A stretch of 64,000 bases of DNA from Patescibacteria group bacterium (lineage in GTDB: Bacteria; Patescibacteriota; Gracilibacteria; UBA4473), in contig CBFIAK010000001.1 in the NCBI GenBank assembly GCA_965660445.1, positions 416,001-480,000 of the forward strand, given 5' to 3'. The notes beneath the pieces were generated by a model. It saw only the letters and a program-made list of their open reading frames with translations. It searched no databases and had not been told where the DNA came from. Made by a program: the position numbers and the translations under genes. Below are positions 1 through 9,651 of this stretch, in pieces. Position 1 is the first letter of the stretch. The number at the start of each line of letters is the position of its first letter.

Positions 1-2
1 TT

Positions 3-1115
3 CCCTTTGGGTTTCTCTCTATTGTTGATTGGCCAGTTACCTTGTTTAGTAATTTCTTTTCGAGTTACGGGCTACTCTATTTTATATTATTTTTTGTATG
101 GGCAATATCGCTCTATACAACAAAAGAAAAGATAGAGAATGGGCAATTTTCACCATTTCTGTTTGCTCTTAATGGATTTGGGTTTTTGGTTGTTCTATAT
201 TGTTTTTTTCGGATTATTCCCTATTTAACTCCCCATGTGAACGAATTTTTCGTGATAGTGTTTGCTTTTTTGTTTATTGATGCCATTTTCTTTGTATACA
301 AAGAATGGGCGTATGTGACCCATGAGCAGAGTTGGAATCTTTTTATTCAAAAACCTGAAATATGGCAGAAAATGGTATATGCGAAATATTCCCATTATGC
401 AGTGTTGTTTGGTATTTTGATTTTTTTATTTATAGTTTTTACTATTTTTGTATTTAAAGATGTTATGTGGGTATCCTCCTTAGATGATATTAGTTATACA
501 GGAACTCTTTTAAGATTTATCAGTATATTTTTTTTAATTTTTTTATATTCCTACTCTTTGGAGTTATTTATATCTGAAAAATATCAGAAACGTTTGCATT
601 TATCAGCCTCTATTACTCAAAAATTGTTTGGAGGCTTTGTTCTGATTATAGCTTTTATAACAATAGATGCATTTTTGTTTACGAGCTTGATGATACTTTT
701 TGGATTATTTGTTAATTTTTTAAAGTATGATTATAATGCTTCATCAAGAATTTTAAAGAATGAATGTTTTTTTCTTTTGAGATATAAAATATTTCTCGAT
801 CAAGAAAAAGCAATATATCTCTATGAAGGAGAAAAATGGAGACATAGAGAATTCTTTTTTGAAGAGATTAAATCTCTTACTCAATTATTCACGAATGAAC
901 TTCGTATAAGAAATTATACGTTTGAAGACTCTATTCCTCAGGATGAGCTCCGTGAGATGGTTTATAATATTTACATAAAATGTAGGTTCTATAGAGATTC
1001 GCACGATTATTATCTCCCAATAGTGAATGATTTGATTGATGCTTTATGGCATCACTACGAATCACTCCATATAGAAGAATTAGCTATCGATACTGAAATA
1101 AAAAATCATATCTAA
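3..1115 (+). CDS. hypothetical polytopic membrane protein (probably 5'-partial)
   Basis: Several hydrophobic segments in the N-terminal ~230 aa, soluble C-terminus; frame is open back to the window edge upstream of TTG at 42. Confidence 0.7.
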   Translation, partial: PFGFLSIVDWPVTLFSNFFSSYGLLYFILFFVWAISLYTTKEKIENGQFSPFLFALNGFGFLVVLYCFFRIIPYLTPHVNEFFVIVFAFLFIDAIFFVYKEWAYVTHEQSWNLFIQKPEIWQKMVYAKYSHYAVLFGILIFLFIVFTIFVFKDVMWVSSLDDISYTGTLLRFISIFFLIFLYSYSLELFISEKYQKRLHLSASITQKLFGGFVLIIAFITIDAFLFTSLMILFGLFVNFLKYDYNASSRILKNECFFLLRYKIFLDQEKAIYLYEGEKWRHREFFFEEIKSLTQLFTNELRIRNYTFEDSIPQDELREMVYNIYIKCRFYRDSHDYYLPIVNDLIDALWHHYESLHIEELAIDTEIKNHI

Positions 1116-1123
1116 TTCTTTAC

Positions 1124-1160
1124 AAAAACCTTTCTGCACTTTGTGCGGAAAGGTTTTTTT
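1124..1160 (+). terminator. intrinsic terminator
   Basis: aaaaacctttctgcac-ttt-gtgcggaaaggttttttt hairpin plus T-run. Confidence 0.8.
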
Positions 1161-1233
1161 ATAGATATTTTATTTTTTTCTTTTATACTCGCTATTGTTC
1201 TTTCATATTATAAAACAAAAAGGGGGGCATGAA

Positions 1234-2004
1234 ATGCTATTTCTTCTCATATTTTGCCTTACAGGTATATCACTTTTTTCTTCTGAAAATGAGTTTCATT
1301 CGTTTTCGATAAAACCAATTTCTGATGTAGGAGACCAAGAAATCAGTCCATTTCTTGATCAAGAACATCAAAACTTATTCTTTCTTGGAGGGTGGAATGC
1401 TCAATATGAGTTTTCTAACTCTCCAGCAAAACGAATGATAGAAGCACGTGTGTATTCGCCGAGACTACAATTACAGTCTTTTGATAATGCCTATGTGCGA
1501 GAAACATACGCATTCAGTATTGGAACGGTCTTTGATTCTCTCTATACAATACCTCTCTTTGGAGGTATTGATTTTCAGCTTTCTTCGGAGTATCAACACA
1601 TTGATGACTATGATTTCCAATTTGGTGTTTTGAATACCGAAATATACTTCTATTCGGCTTTGGCGTTTGGAGTAACCAATATTTGGACATTTCCGAACGT
1701 AGAACAACTTTCATACCACTATATTGCCTTTGTTCTCCCTTTTAACGACGATTATGATGTTTCTCATTTTTTTCGTGTCTGGAGACTTCAATATCGGTTC
1801 GAGGCATTACGCACTCGAAAAGAAGACGGTATGCGACTTATGGGGTATCGACAAGAATTGTCTTCCCATTATCGATTTTCTGACTATTTCCAAATATATG
1901 GAATGGCTCAGTTTATTATTTCTTTTGGGGATAATCCATTATCGTTTGCTCAATACGAAGTAAACCGATACCAGTATCAATTTGGTATTCAATATGCCTT
2001 ATAA
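1234..2004 (+). CDS. hypothetical secreted protein, beta-strand-rich
   Basis: ATG at 1234 after AGGGGG; signal-like N-terminus; alternating aromatic residues; C-terminus YQYQFGIQYAL. Confidence 0.7.
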   Translation: MLFLLIFCLTGISLFSSENEFHSFSIKPISDVGDQEISPFLDQEHQNLFFLGGWNAQYEFSNSPAKRMIEARVYSPRLQLQSFDNAYVRETYAFSIGTVFDSLYTIPLFGGIDFQLSSEYQHIDDYDFQFGVLNTEIYFYSALAFGVTNIWTFPNVEQLSYHYIAFVLPFNDDYDVSHFFRVWRLQYRFEALRTRKEDGMRLMGYRQELSSHYRFSDYFQIYGMAQFIISFGDNPLSFAQYEVNRYQYQFGIQYAL

Positions 2005-2071
2005 ATCTGAAAGACCTATTATGAATGCTTCTTATAAATTTTTTATAAGAAGCATTTTTTTTTGAGTCATT

Positions 2072-3241
2072 TTATTTTTTGGGTGTCCACCGAACTTCAA
2101 ACTCGAACGATACTTCTCCGTTTGTTTTTTGAAATGTGAGTTGTGGCGCAATGGTAAGATTTTCAATTGTATATCCAGCACCTCCTCGGATACGAGAAAG
2201 TCCGGTTTCAAAATTTCCATCAAGTCCTCCTTGGAGCTTGAATGGACCTCCAAACGATGGTGTTTGCATACGCACTTTCCAATGCCAATCATCTAGTTTT
2301 GTGACTGATCCCATAAGAGCAAATCCTTCGTTGCGACCATAAAAATCATACAGATCTCCATATTGAGCTATGAATTCTGTAATAACTTGATTTGTTCCGA
2401 GAAGGATATCGTTATTCATTTCTACACGATACGAGTAATCTTTATCGTGAAGAGTAAGAGAAAGAGGTATAGAAGTACTCACCATGTTTTGTTCTCCATT
2501 TTGGCTTGGTAAAGCAGCGTAGAGGAGTGTTGTTGTATTTGGGTCTGAATCCCGAGAAAGAAATGTTTTGTCTAAGCTGAGATAGGTTGCTCTCATTCCA
2601 GCACTTCGAGTCATAAATAAATCTTTATAAAGTTTCATATCAGCACCGAGTGTCATTTGTACCGAAAGCATGTTTCGGTTATGGATATGGAGTTTGTCAT
2701 ATACATCTTCGCCAACTTGTATATTTGTATCAGAGCTAAGATTTCGATGTGTTTCACCTCCACCCCAAGCAAAAGCAACACCTACTTCTGCAAACGGATT
2801 ATCCACACGCATCTTATCAGTTATATCAAACCCTTTTCCAAGATTAAACCGTCCGAGCATAACTCCATTAAGATTCGCCGAATAGGATGTTTGTGGCGAA
2901 AGTGGAACCGATACAGGACTATTTTGCAGTGATTGTTGAGTGTTCCATGAAGTCATAATATTTGTCACGAGTGAATTTTTTGCGTCTCGCTTTAAGAAAT
3001 CATATCCAACACGAAACGCTTGGTGTCCTACTTGGTCTGCGAGTCCTGTTATTTTATCTTTCAGAACTTCGTTTTCAAGAATAAGTACATCCTCTTGTGC
3101 TTTTAAGATAGTTTTTGATTCATCCAGCAAAGGATCAGATTCATTCGATAATTCTACTCCAACGAGTGTTCTGGAGCTGTTTTTGTTTTGGAATAAATAT
3201 TTTCCACAAACTTCTGGTTGAAAACGATGATCAATAATCAT
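2072..3241 (-). CDS. hypothetical protein, beta-strand-rich C-terminal half
   Basis: Long ORF; start moved to MIIDHRF at 3241 so it does not overlap fmt; C-terminus VSFEFEVRWTPKK. Confidence 0.65.
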   Translation of the reverse strand: MIIDHRFQPEVCGKYLFQNKNSSRTLVGVELSNESDPLLDESKTILKAQEDVLILENEVLKDKITGLADQVGHQAFRVGYDFLKRDAKNSLVTNIMTSWNTQQSLQNSPVSVPLSPQTSYSANLNGVMLGRFNLGKGFDITDKMRVDNPFAEVGVAFAWGGGETHRNLSSDTNIQVGEDVYDKLHIHNRNMLSVQMTLGADMKLYKDLFMTRSAGMRATYLSLDKTFLSRDSDPNTTTLLYAALPSQNGEQNMVSTSIPLSLTLHDKDYSYRVEMNNDILLGTNQVITEFIAQYGDLYDFYGRNEGFALMGSVTKLDDWHWKVRMQTPSFGGPFKLQGGLDGNFETGLSRIRGGAGYTIENLTIAPQLTFQKTNGEVSFEFEVRWTPKK

Positions 3242-3336
3242 AAGAGAATATATAAAAATCTTTCTATTATACCTGAAAAACAGGAAAAAAACAAGAAGCC
3301 TTATTTTTTTAAAAATTGTGCTATACTTTCTATTGT

Positions 3337-4221
3337 ATGAAAACACGAGTTTTATTTTTTGGTACTCCTGATATCGCAGTCCCTTCTCTTGAGGCTTTGC
3401 ACGCTGATAACGATCTAGAAATTGTTGGTATTGGGGTGTTTCCTGATAAAAAAATAGGTCGTAAACAGGTTCTGATGCCTTGTCCAGTAAAAGAAGCGGC
3501 TCTCTCTTTTGGACTTCCGTTGTATGAGCTGGCATCAAAGAAAGATCTTGAATCATTATTTCATACCGTTGAGTGTGACGTTGCGATTGTTATTGCTTTT
3601 GGGATGATTTTTCCAGAATCAGTGTTATCAATTCCTCCATTGGGAGTGATGAATGTTCATTTTTCATTATTGCCTTTATATCGTGGGGCTTCTCCTGTGC
3701 AATCAGCTCTATTACACGGTGATAAGATATCAGGAATTACATTTCAAAAAATGGTAAAGGCTCTTGATGAAGGCGATATTCTTTATCAAGAATCATTTCT
3801 TATTGAAGGGTTAGCGACAAGTGAAGTTTTTGATCTTTCAGCGACAAAAACAGCGCATGTATTACCAAATTTTATAACACAAAAATTGCAGGATGTTGTG
3901 CCTTTGTCGCAGGATTCAACCAAAGCAACGTATTGTACAAAAATTCAAAAAAAAGACGGATTCGTTTCTCCTCAAGCAGAAACAGCACAATCTATCTATC
4001 GAAAATATCGAGCATATGACTTGTTTCCCGGAATATATATGCAGACAAAGAAAGGGATTTTAAAACTTAAGAAAGTATCAGATGTATATGTTGAGGGGGC
4101 GTATAAAATGGAATGTAAAGAAAACACTTTTTTATGGATTTTACGTGCACAATTAGAAGGAAAAAAAGAAATGCCTATTGTTGATATTTTACGAGGGGCT
4201 CCGGATGTTTTTGAGGGGTAA
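3337..4221 (+). CDS. fmt: methionyl-tRNA formyltransferase
   Basis: FFGTPDIA, NVHFSLLPLYRGASPVQ, LDEGDI motifs. Confidence 0.95.
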   Translation: MKTRVLFFGTPDIAVPSLEALHADNDLEIVGIGVFPDKKIGRKQVLMPCPVKEAALSFGLPLYELASKKDLESLFHTVECDVAIVIAFGMIFPESVLSIPPLGVMNVHFSLLPLYRGASPVQSALLHGDKISGITFQKMVKALDEGDILYQESFLIEGLATSEVFDLSATKTAHVLPNFITQKLQDVVPLSQDSTKATYCTKIQKKDGFVSPQAETAQSIYRKYRAYDLFPGIYMQTKKGILKLKKVSDVYVEGAYKMECKENTFLWILRAQLEGKKEMPIVDILRGAPDVFEG

Positions 4222-4227
4222 AACAAT

Positions 4228-4255
4228 TGACAAATACGTAAAAATTCCCATAATG
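4228..4255 (+). promoter_or_regulatory. sigma70-type promoter
   Basis: TTGACA-16 nt-CATAAT upstream of the 4307 ORF. Confidence 0.55.
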
Positions 4256-4306
4256 TCACCCGCTTCAAGCGTTTTTTAACATCCACAAATTCAGTATAGG
4301 GGGACT

Positions 4307-4699
4307 ATGCAGAAAGAAATAAAAAGGCAAAAGTACACACTGCCTTTTCGCTACTCATATCTTTTTCGGTATTCGCTGTTTCAGCTTGCAATTATTGCAG
4401 AATATGCACCCGATGAGAAAGATCGATTTTGGGCTTTATATTGTATGCGGCAACAAATAAATCCTCTTAATGATTTTGATCATATTTATTATTTGCTTGT
4501 GTCTTCTACAGATGAACGCATTGAAATTTTTCGGAAAGAATATCCGAAAATAAAAAAACGAGAGCAACAGTATAATGCTATTGCATATCGAGTTTTAAAA
4601 TTTCAGCGATGGATAGGTATAAAGCCACAAAAACAGATAAATATACGGCAGAAGCTCTATGAAAAACGAAGGGAGCGACGTAGAGTACATAGAATGTAA
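4307..4699 (+). CDS. hypothetical basic protein
   Basis: 130-aa ORF with AGGGGGA SD, its own promoter and terminator. Confidence 0.6.
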   Translation: MQKEIKRQKYTLPFRYSYLFRYSLFQLAIIAEYAPDEKDRFWALYCMRQQINPLNDFDHIYYLLVSSTDERIEIFRKEYPKIKKREQQYNAIAYRVLKFQRWIGIKPQKQINIRQKLYEKRRERRRVHRM

Positions 4700-4724
4700 A
4701 TATTCATATGAACTCTCAATATAT

Positions 4725-4763
4725 AAAAAGGCGAATACAAATTTTTTTTGTATTCGCCTTTTT
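4725..4763 (+). terminator. intrinsic terminator (bidirectional-type)
   Basis: aaaaaggcgaatacaaa / tttgtattcgccttttt inverted repeat. Confidence 0.8.
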
Positions 4764-4835
4764 CTGAGTGCTGAAACAGGTTTTACATTTCTTCTGAAAT
4801 TCGTACTATATTTGTGAATTTATGAGCGGTTTCCT

Positions 4836-7814
4836 ATGAATCATTATAACCATAAAGACGTTGAATTACGTTGGCAGAACTATTGGAATCGGGAGAAACC
4901 GTTTCGTGCAAACGATTTTTCAAAAAAACCAAAATTTTATTGTTTAGATATGTTTCCGTATCCGTCTGGAGCGGGGCTTCATGTGGGACATCCTTTGGGG
5001 TATACCGCAACTGATATTGTGTGTCGAAAAAAAAGACATGAAGGGTATGAAGTATTACATCCTATCGGTTGGGATGCGTTTGGATTACCGGCTGAAAATT
5101 ATGCGATTAAAACAGGAACAAATCCTCGAATAACAACACAAAAAAATATTGAAACGTTTAAGAGACAAATTCAGTCTTTGGGGTTTAGTTATGACTGGGA
5201 TCGTGAAATAAATACGACAGATCCTGAGTATTATCGCTGGACACAATGGTTGTTTTTGCAAATGCATAAAAAAGGACTTTTGTATGAAAAGGAAATGGCA
5301 ATGGCTTGGTGTGATACCTGTAAAATAGTAGCTGCCAATGAAGAGGTTGAGCAGGGAACCCATGAGCGATGTGGCAACCCCGTTACTCGAAAAAAACTCA
5401 AACAATGGATGTTTCGTATTACCGATTACGCAGAGCGATTATTGCGTGATTTAGATTCTCCCACTGTGTTTTTGCTCCATGGCTGGGGAGGTGATGGTGA
5501 AAACCATTGGTTTGGAGAAATGAAATCATTTTTTGAGTCTCGAGGGTCGCAAGTAATTGCTCCTGATTTTCCAGATACACAAACACCAGATTACCAGACA
5601 TGGAAATCGTTTTTTAAAGAGCATTATGGATCACTCATTCATGAAAATACAGTCTTCATTACTCATTCTTTAGGAGGGGTGTTTGCGAGTCGTTATATCG
5701 CAGAAGAAAAGGTTTGTATTGATAAGTTGGTGCTTACCGCACCTCCGTTACATGATTGCGGAGTGCAAGAGATATCAAACTTTTTTCAAGAACAAACTTG
5801 GTCTCAATCAGTTATTCATTATACGAAAAGACGCGTTCTATTTGGGAGTTCAAATGATCATTTTATTGAAGAATCAGAATTTCATACACTTGCCAAAAAG
5901 CTCGATGCAGAGCTTGTTATTGTGCCACATGCAGGGCATTTTAATACGATATTAGAACCAGAATTAAAATCGTATAGAGAATATATTGATGCATCGCGGT
6001 TACGATGGCCTGAAAAAATTCGGTCTATGCAAAAACACTGGATTGGTAAATCGGAAGGTGCTGAAATTCAGTTTGATATCGAAGGGGAATCAATAACGGT
6101 GTTTACAACTCGCCCCGATACGATTTATGGAGTAACTTATATGGTGTTGGCTCCAGAACACCCTTTGGTGTCTCGTATTACAACCAAACAACAAAAAGAA
6201 GAAGTTGAATCCTATCAGGTATTGTGTGCATCAAAATCAGACTTAGAGAGAACAGAATTAAATAAAAACAAAACAGGTGTTTTTACGGGAGCATATGCAA
6301 TCCATCCATTAACGGATGAAAAAATTCCTGTGTGGATCGCTGATTATGTGCTTTTATCGTATGGCACAGGAGCGGTTATGGCAGTTCCCGCTCATGATGA
6401 GCGAGACTACGAATTTGCAAAAACGTATGATTTGGGAATAAAACAGGTTGTTCAGTCAGAAGAAAATAATGAATTGCCTTTTTGTGAGAATGGGATTGCG
6501 TGTAATTCTGAATTCTTAGATGGATTAGAAACAACAAAAGCAAAAACCGTTCTGGTTGATTATCTTCAAACCCACAATAAAGGAAAACGAAGAGTGAATT
6601 ATCGTTTACGAGACTGGATTTTTACACGTCAACGATATTGGGGAGAACCGATTCCGTTTGTGAGAGACGAAAAAGGAAATCTCTATCCATTAGATGAAAA
6701 AGAGTTGCCAGTGAAACTTCCTGATGTGCAGGCCTATGAACCAAGTAGTGATGGCACATCACCACTCGCTTCACAGAAAGACTGGGTCGAAATACAAGGA
6801 TGGATAACACCAGAAAATACAGTTTCTACAACTGAAGTTATTGGAAGCAAACCACAAAAATTCTTTCGAGAAACCTCCACTATGCCAAATTGGGCTGGAA
6901 GTTCTTGGTATTGGATCCGATATATGGATTCACGGAATGAGCAAGAATTTTGTTCAAAAGAAAAAGAATCTTATTGGGGGCCTGTTGATTTATATGTAGG
7001 GGGAACGGAGCATGCGGTATTACATTTACTCTATGCTCGGTTTTGGCAGAAGGTTTTGTATGATATGGAGTTGGTACATCACAAAGAACCGTTTCAAAAA
7101 CTGATTAATCAAGGACTTATTTTAGGAGAAGACGGAAACAAGATGTCGAAGTCGCTGGGGAATGTTGTGAATCCTGATGATATCGTGTCTCAATATGGAG
7201 CGGATACATTAAGAATGTATGAAATGTTTATGGGACCGTTTGATCAATCAAAACCGTGGAACACAGAAAGTGTTTCCGGGATGAGAAAATTTATAGATCG
7301 TATTTGGCGATTGGCGCATAAGCCCATAAGTGAAAAAAACGAACCAGACTCTTTAATTGCTTTGCGACATAAAACAATCGCTCTTGTAGGGGAACATATT
7401 GATGATTTTCGGTTTAATACCGCGTTGTCACAATTAATGATTTATGTGAATGAATATACCAAACAAGACTCAATAAGTCGTGAAGCATTAGAAGTATTTT
7501 GTGTTTTATTATCGCCTTTTGCTCCTCATATAGCTGAGGAATTATGGCAGACTGTGTTAGGGCATAGTAATAGCATTGCTTATGCCTCGTGGCCTTCATA
7601 TACAGAATCCTATTTAGTTGATGATTCAGTAATATATGCTGTTCAGGTAAACGGAAAAGTGCGAGATACGATTGAAGTAGGGCGTGATACTCCGCGTGAA
7701 ACAGTGATAGATATGGCAAAATCAAGTGAAAAAATTCGTAAATATATTGAAGGGAAGACTCTAAAAAAAGAAGTATTTGTTCCTGAAAAAATAGTTGGAT
7801 TTGTTGTAGCATAA
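4836..7814 (+). CDS. leuS: leucine--tRNA ligase with inserted alpha/beta-hydrolase domain
   Basis: MFPYPSGAGLHVGH (HIGH), FTTRPDT and GTGAVMAVPAHDERD editing motifs, KMSKS; ~180-aa insert at nt ~5457-5999. Confidence 0.97.
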   Translation: MNHYNHKDVELRWQNYWNREKPFRANDFSKKPKFYCLDMFPYPSGAGLHVGHPLGYTATDIVCRKKRHEGYEVLHPIGWDAFGLPAENYAIKTGTNPRITTQKNIETFKRQIQSLGFSYDWDREINTTDPEYYRWTQWLFLQMHKKGLLYEKEMAMAWCDTCKIVAANEEVEQGTHERCGNPVTRKKLKQWMFRITDYAERLLRDLDSPTVFLLHGWGGDGENHWFGEMKSFFESRGSQVIAPDFPDTQTPDYQTWKSFFKEHYGSLIHENTVFITHSLGGVFASRYIAEEKVCIDKLVLTAPPLHDCGVQEISNFFQEQTWSQSVIHYTKRRVLFGSSNDHFIEESEFHTLAKKLDAELVIVPHAGHFNTILEPELKSYREYIDASRLRWPEKIRSMQKHWIGKSEGAEIQFDIEGESITVFTTRPDTIYGVTYMVLAPEHPLVSRITTKQQKEEVESYQVLCASKSDLERTELNKNKTGVFTGAYAIHPLTDEKIPVWIADYVLLSYGTGAVMAVPAHDERDYEFAKTYDLGIKQVVQSEENNELPFCENGIACNSEFLDGLETTKAKTVLVDYLQTHNKGKRRVNYRLRDWIFTRQRYWGEPIPFVRDEKGNLYPLDEKELPVKLPDVQAYEPSSDGTSPLASQKDWVEIQGWITPENTVSTTEVIGSKPQKFFRETSTMPNWAGSSWYWIRYMDSRNEQEFCSKEKESYWGPVDLYVGGTEHAVLHLLYARFWQKVLYDMELVHHKEPFQKLINQGLILGEDGNKMSKSLGNVVNPDDIVSQYGADTLRMYEMFMGPFDQSKPWNTESVSGMRKFIDRIWRLAHKPISEKNEPDSLIALRHKTIALVGEHIDDFRFNTALSQLMIYVNEYTKQDSISREALEVFCVLLSPFAPHIAEELWQTVLGHSNSIAYASWPSYTESYLVDDSVIYAVQVNGKVRDTIEVGRDTPRETVIDMAKSSEKIRKYIEGKTLKKEVFVPEKIVGFVVA

Positions 7815-7816
7815 AA

Positions 7817-7845
7817 AGACCTGAATACAATTTGTATTCAGGTCT
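7817..7845. terminator. hairpin between convergent genes
   Basis: agacctgaatacaa-t-ttgtattcaggtct perfect inverted repeat. Confidence 0.7.
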
Positions 7846-7863
7846 AGAAAGAAACGCAATATT

Positions 7864-8292
7864 TTAAGAATTCCACCAGTCTCGGATTTTATCCCAGACT
7901 CCTTTCTTCTTTTCTTTTCGTAAATCGGCTTTAGTACGCCAATAAGCCGATGCATATTTTTCTTTTTGCTTGGCAATACTATCAGTTGTACTGACGCATA
8001 TACCAAGCTCATTTTCAAGATTTTGAATTTTATATTCCAGCTTATCATTTGTGTTTGATAACTGACTTATATCATTCTTGTAATCTCTTAATATTTCATC
8101 TTGAGCTATTAATTTCCCTTTCAGAAATATCACTGAGTCTTGTAGCTCTTTATTTTGATCTGCAAATTTGTTATTGATGGGATACATCAATTGCCAAACT
8201 GCAAAAATAAAGAGAATAAGCGTTGAGATTTTCCAAAAGTTTTCTTTTACGAAACCTTTGAATGTCATCTTTTCGCTGTTCATTCCGATCAT
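7864..8292 (-). CDS. hypothetical membrane-anchored coiled-coil protein
   Basis: One N-terminal TM then heptad-like region; AAGGAGAG SD. Confidence 0.7.
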   Translation of the reverse strand: MIGMNSEKMTFKGFVKENFWKISTLILFIFAVWQLMYPINNKFADQNKELQDSVIFLKGKLIAQDEILRDYKNDISQLSNTNDKLEYKIQNLENELGICVSTTDSIAKQKEKYASAYWRTKADLRKEKKKGVWDKIRDWWNS

Positions 8293-8423
8293 AAACTCTC
8301 CTTTTTTTTGATTTAAAATAGTTTTTTTATTGCGTTTTCAAAGATCTTGTTTTGACAGACTTATTTTCCAAGGAAAAAGAGTCTGTACGAAATAAAATTA
8401 CAATATTTATTATTTAAGTCAAA

Positions 8424-9188
8424 TTATTCTGTAGGGATTGGCGGAAAAAGAAGATTGTCAACAGGGTATATAAGTGCATTTTTACTTTCTATTGTCGGAA
8501 GAAGTACATTTGTGTGATCATTGAGTATTAAGGACTCTCCCGTAAAAGAGGTCAACATTGGAAGGTTTGAAAATGGGGTTATCGCATCGATTTCGACTAA
8601 TTCTTCTGGTAAAAGAACACCATCAATAAAATGTGAAAGAAGTACAAATGTAAGGAGTTCTTCTTGCCCTTTAAATGGATCTTGTTCTATGAAATGAAGA
8701 ATAGATTCATCAAGTGGAGCAAAAAGGGTTATACCTTCTTCTTGTAATGCAGGAAGGAGTTGAGCTTCTGTAAGTAAACTTAAAAATATATAAAATCGAC
8801 CATCATTCTCAAGTGTTGTTATGGCATCAGGTATATCTGATGTGTTTAATTCTTGTGATTGTTCGTTTTGAGGTTCTTCAATCTCATTTATTTGTGGTTG
8901 ATCAGAAGCAGGATTTTCTTCAATTTTTGGTTCTTGTGGAGGTATAACAGGAGATATATCTTCAGTTTTTTCTTCTTCTGTATGGGGTGCTTGAGGAGGG
9001 GTTTCAGTTTCTATTTTTGTTTCTAAATCATCTTTTTGGTCGTTTCCTTCAAAAGGTTCATATAAATCAAGTGATGGGGTTTGTGCTGTTTCTGTGTTTT
9101 TCTCTGTGTTTTGAGGAATGGGTGGTTGTGGTATGGTTGTGCATCCACTCAAAAACAAAAGGAACACAGGAAGAATCAAAAATTTCAT
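8424..9188 (-). CDS. fasciclin (FAS1) domain lipoprotein
   Basis: Lipobox LSGC, P/E/Q-rich linker, ITLFAPLDES, VLLSHFI, NALIYPVDNLL. Confidence 0.85.
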   Translation of the reverse strand: MKFLILPVFLLFLSGCTTIPQPPIPQNTEKNTETAQTPSLDLYEPFEGNDQKDDLETKIETETPPQAPHTEEEKTEDISPVIPPQEPKIEENPASDQPQINEIEEPQNEQSQELNTSDIPDAITTLENDGRFYIFLSLLTEAQLLPALQEEGITLFAPLDESILHFIEQDPFKGQEELLTFVLLSHFIDGVLLPEELVEIDAITPFSNLPMLTSFTGESLILNDHTNVLLPTIESKNALIYPVDNLLFPPIPTE

Positions 9189-9308
9189 AAAAATATATAA
9201 ATAATGTAGGACTACAGCTATCATTTTTTGAATGAAAGGGCAAATTATTTTTTGGGTTGTTTTTTCGGAATGAGACTTTTATGATAGAGATACTTTTTGA
9301 AAATTATT

Positions 9309-9650
9309 ATGGTGTTTTTGTCTGAAAATGTATTCGAAAAAATTATAAAGAAAGAAATTCCTGCCGATATTGTGTATGAAACTGAGACTGTTCTGTGTTT
9401 TTGGGATATTAAACCACAAGCAAAAGTGCATATCCTTATTATTCCGAAACAATACATCAAAACCGCAAAAGAGGTAACCGTTGAAAATAAAGAGGTATTT
9501 GCAGATTTATTTTTAGCGGCAAAAGAAGTAGCATCACAATTCCGTCTTGAAGGGTATAAGCTTATTATGAATGTTGATGAAGCGGGGGGGCAAGTTGTGC
9601 CACATGTTCATTTTCATTTATTAAGCCCCGACTATACGCATAACTTGTAA
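9309..9650 (+). CDS. HIT family (Hint/HinT-like) nucleotide-binding protein
   Basis: FEKIIKKEIPA, DIKPQAKVHILIIPK, GQVVPHVHFHLL histidine triad. Confidence 0.93.
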   Translation: MVFLSENVFEKIIKKEIPADIVYETETVLCFWDIKPQAKVHILIIPKQYIKTAKEVTVENKEVFADLFLAAKEVASQFRLEGYKLIMNVDEAGGQVVPHVHFHLLSPDYTHNL

Positions 9651-9651
9651 C

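Noticed and set aside
3242-3556. Upstream extension of the 2072-3556 ORF
   Set aside because: Overlaps fmt antisense and its promoter region; a start at 3241 is more plausible
5457-5999. Intein in LeuRS
   Set aside because: No terminal His-Asn or LAGLIDADG motifs; the insert has a serine hydrolase triad
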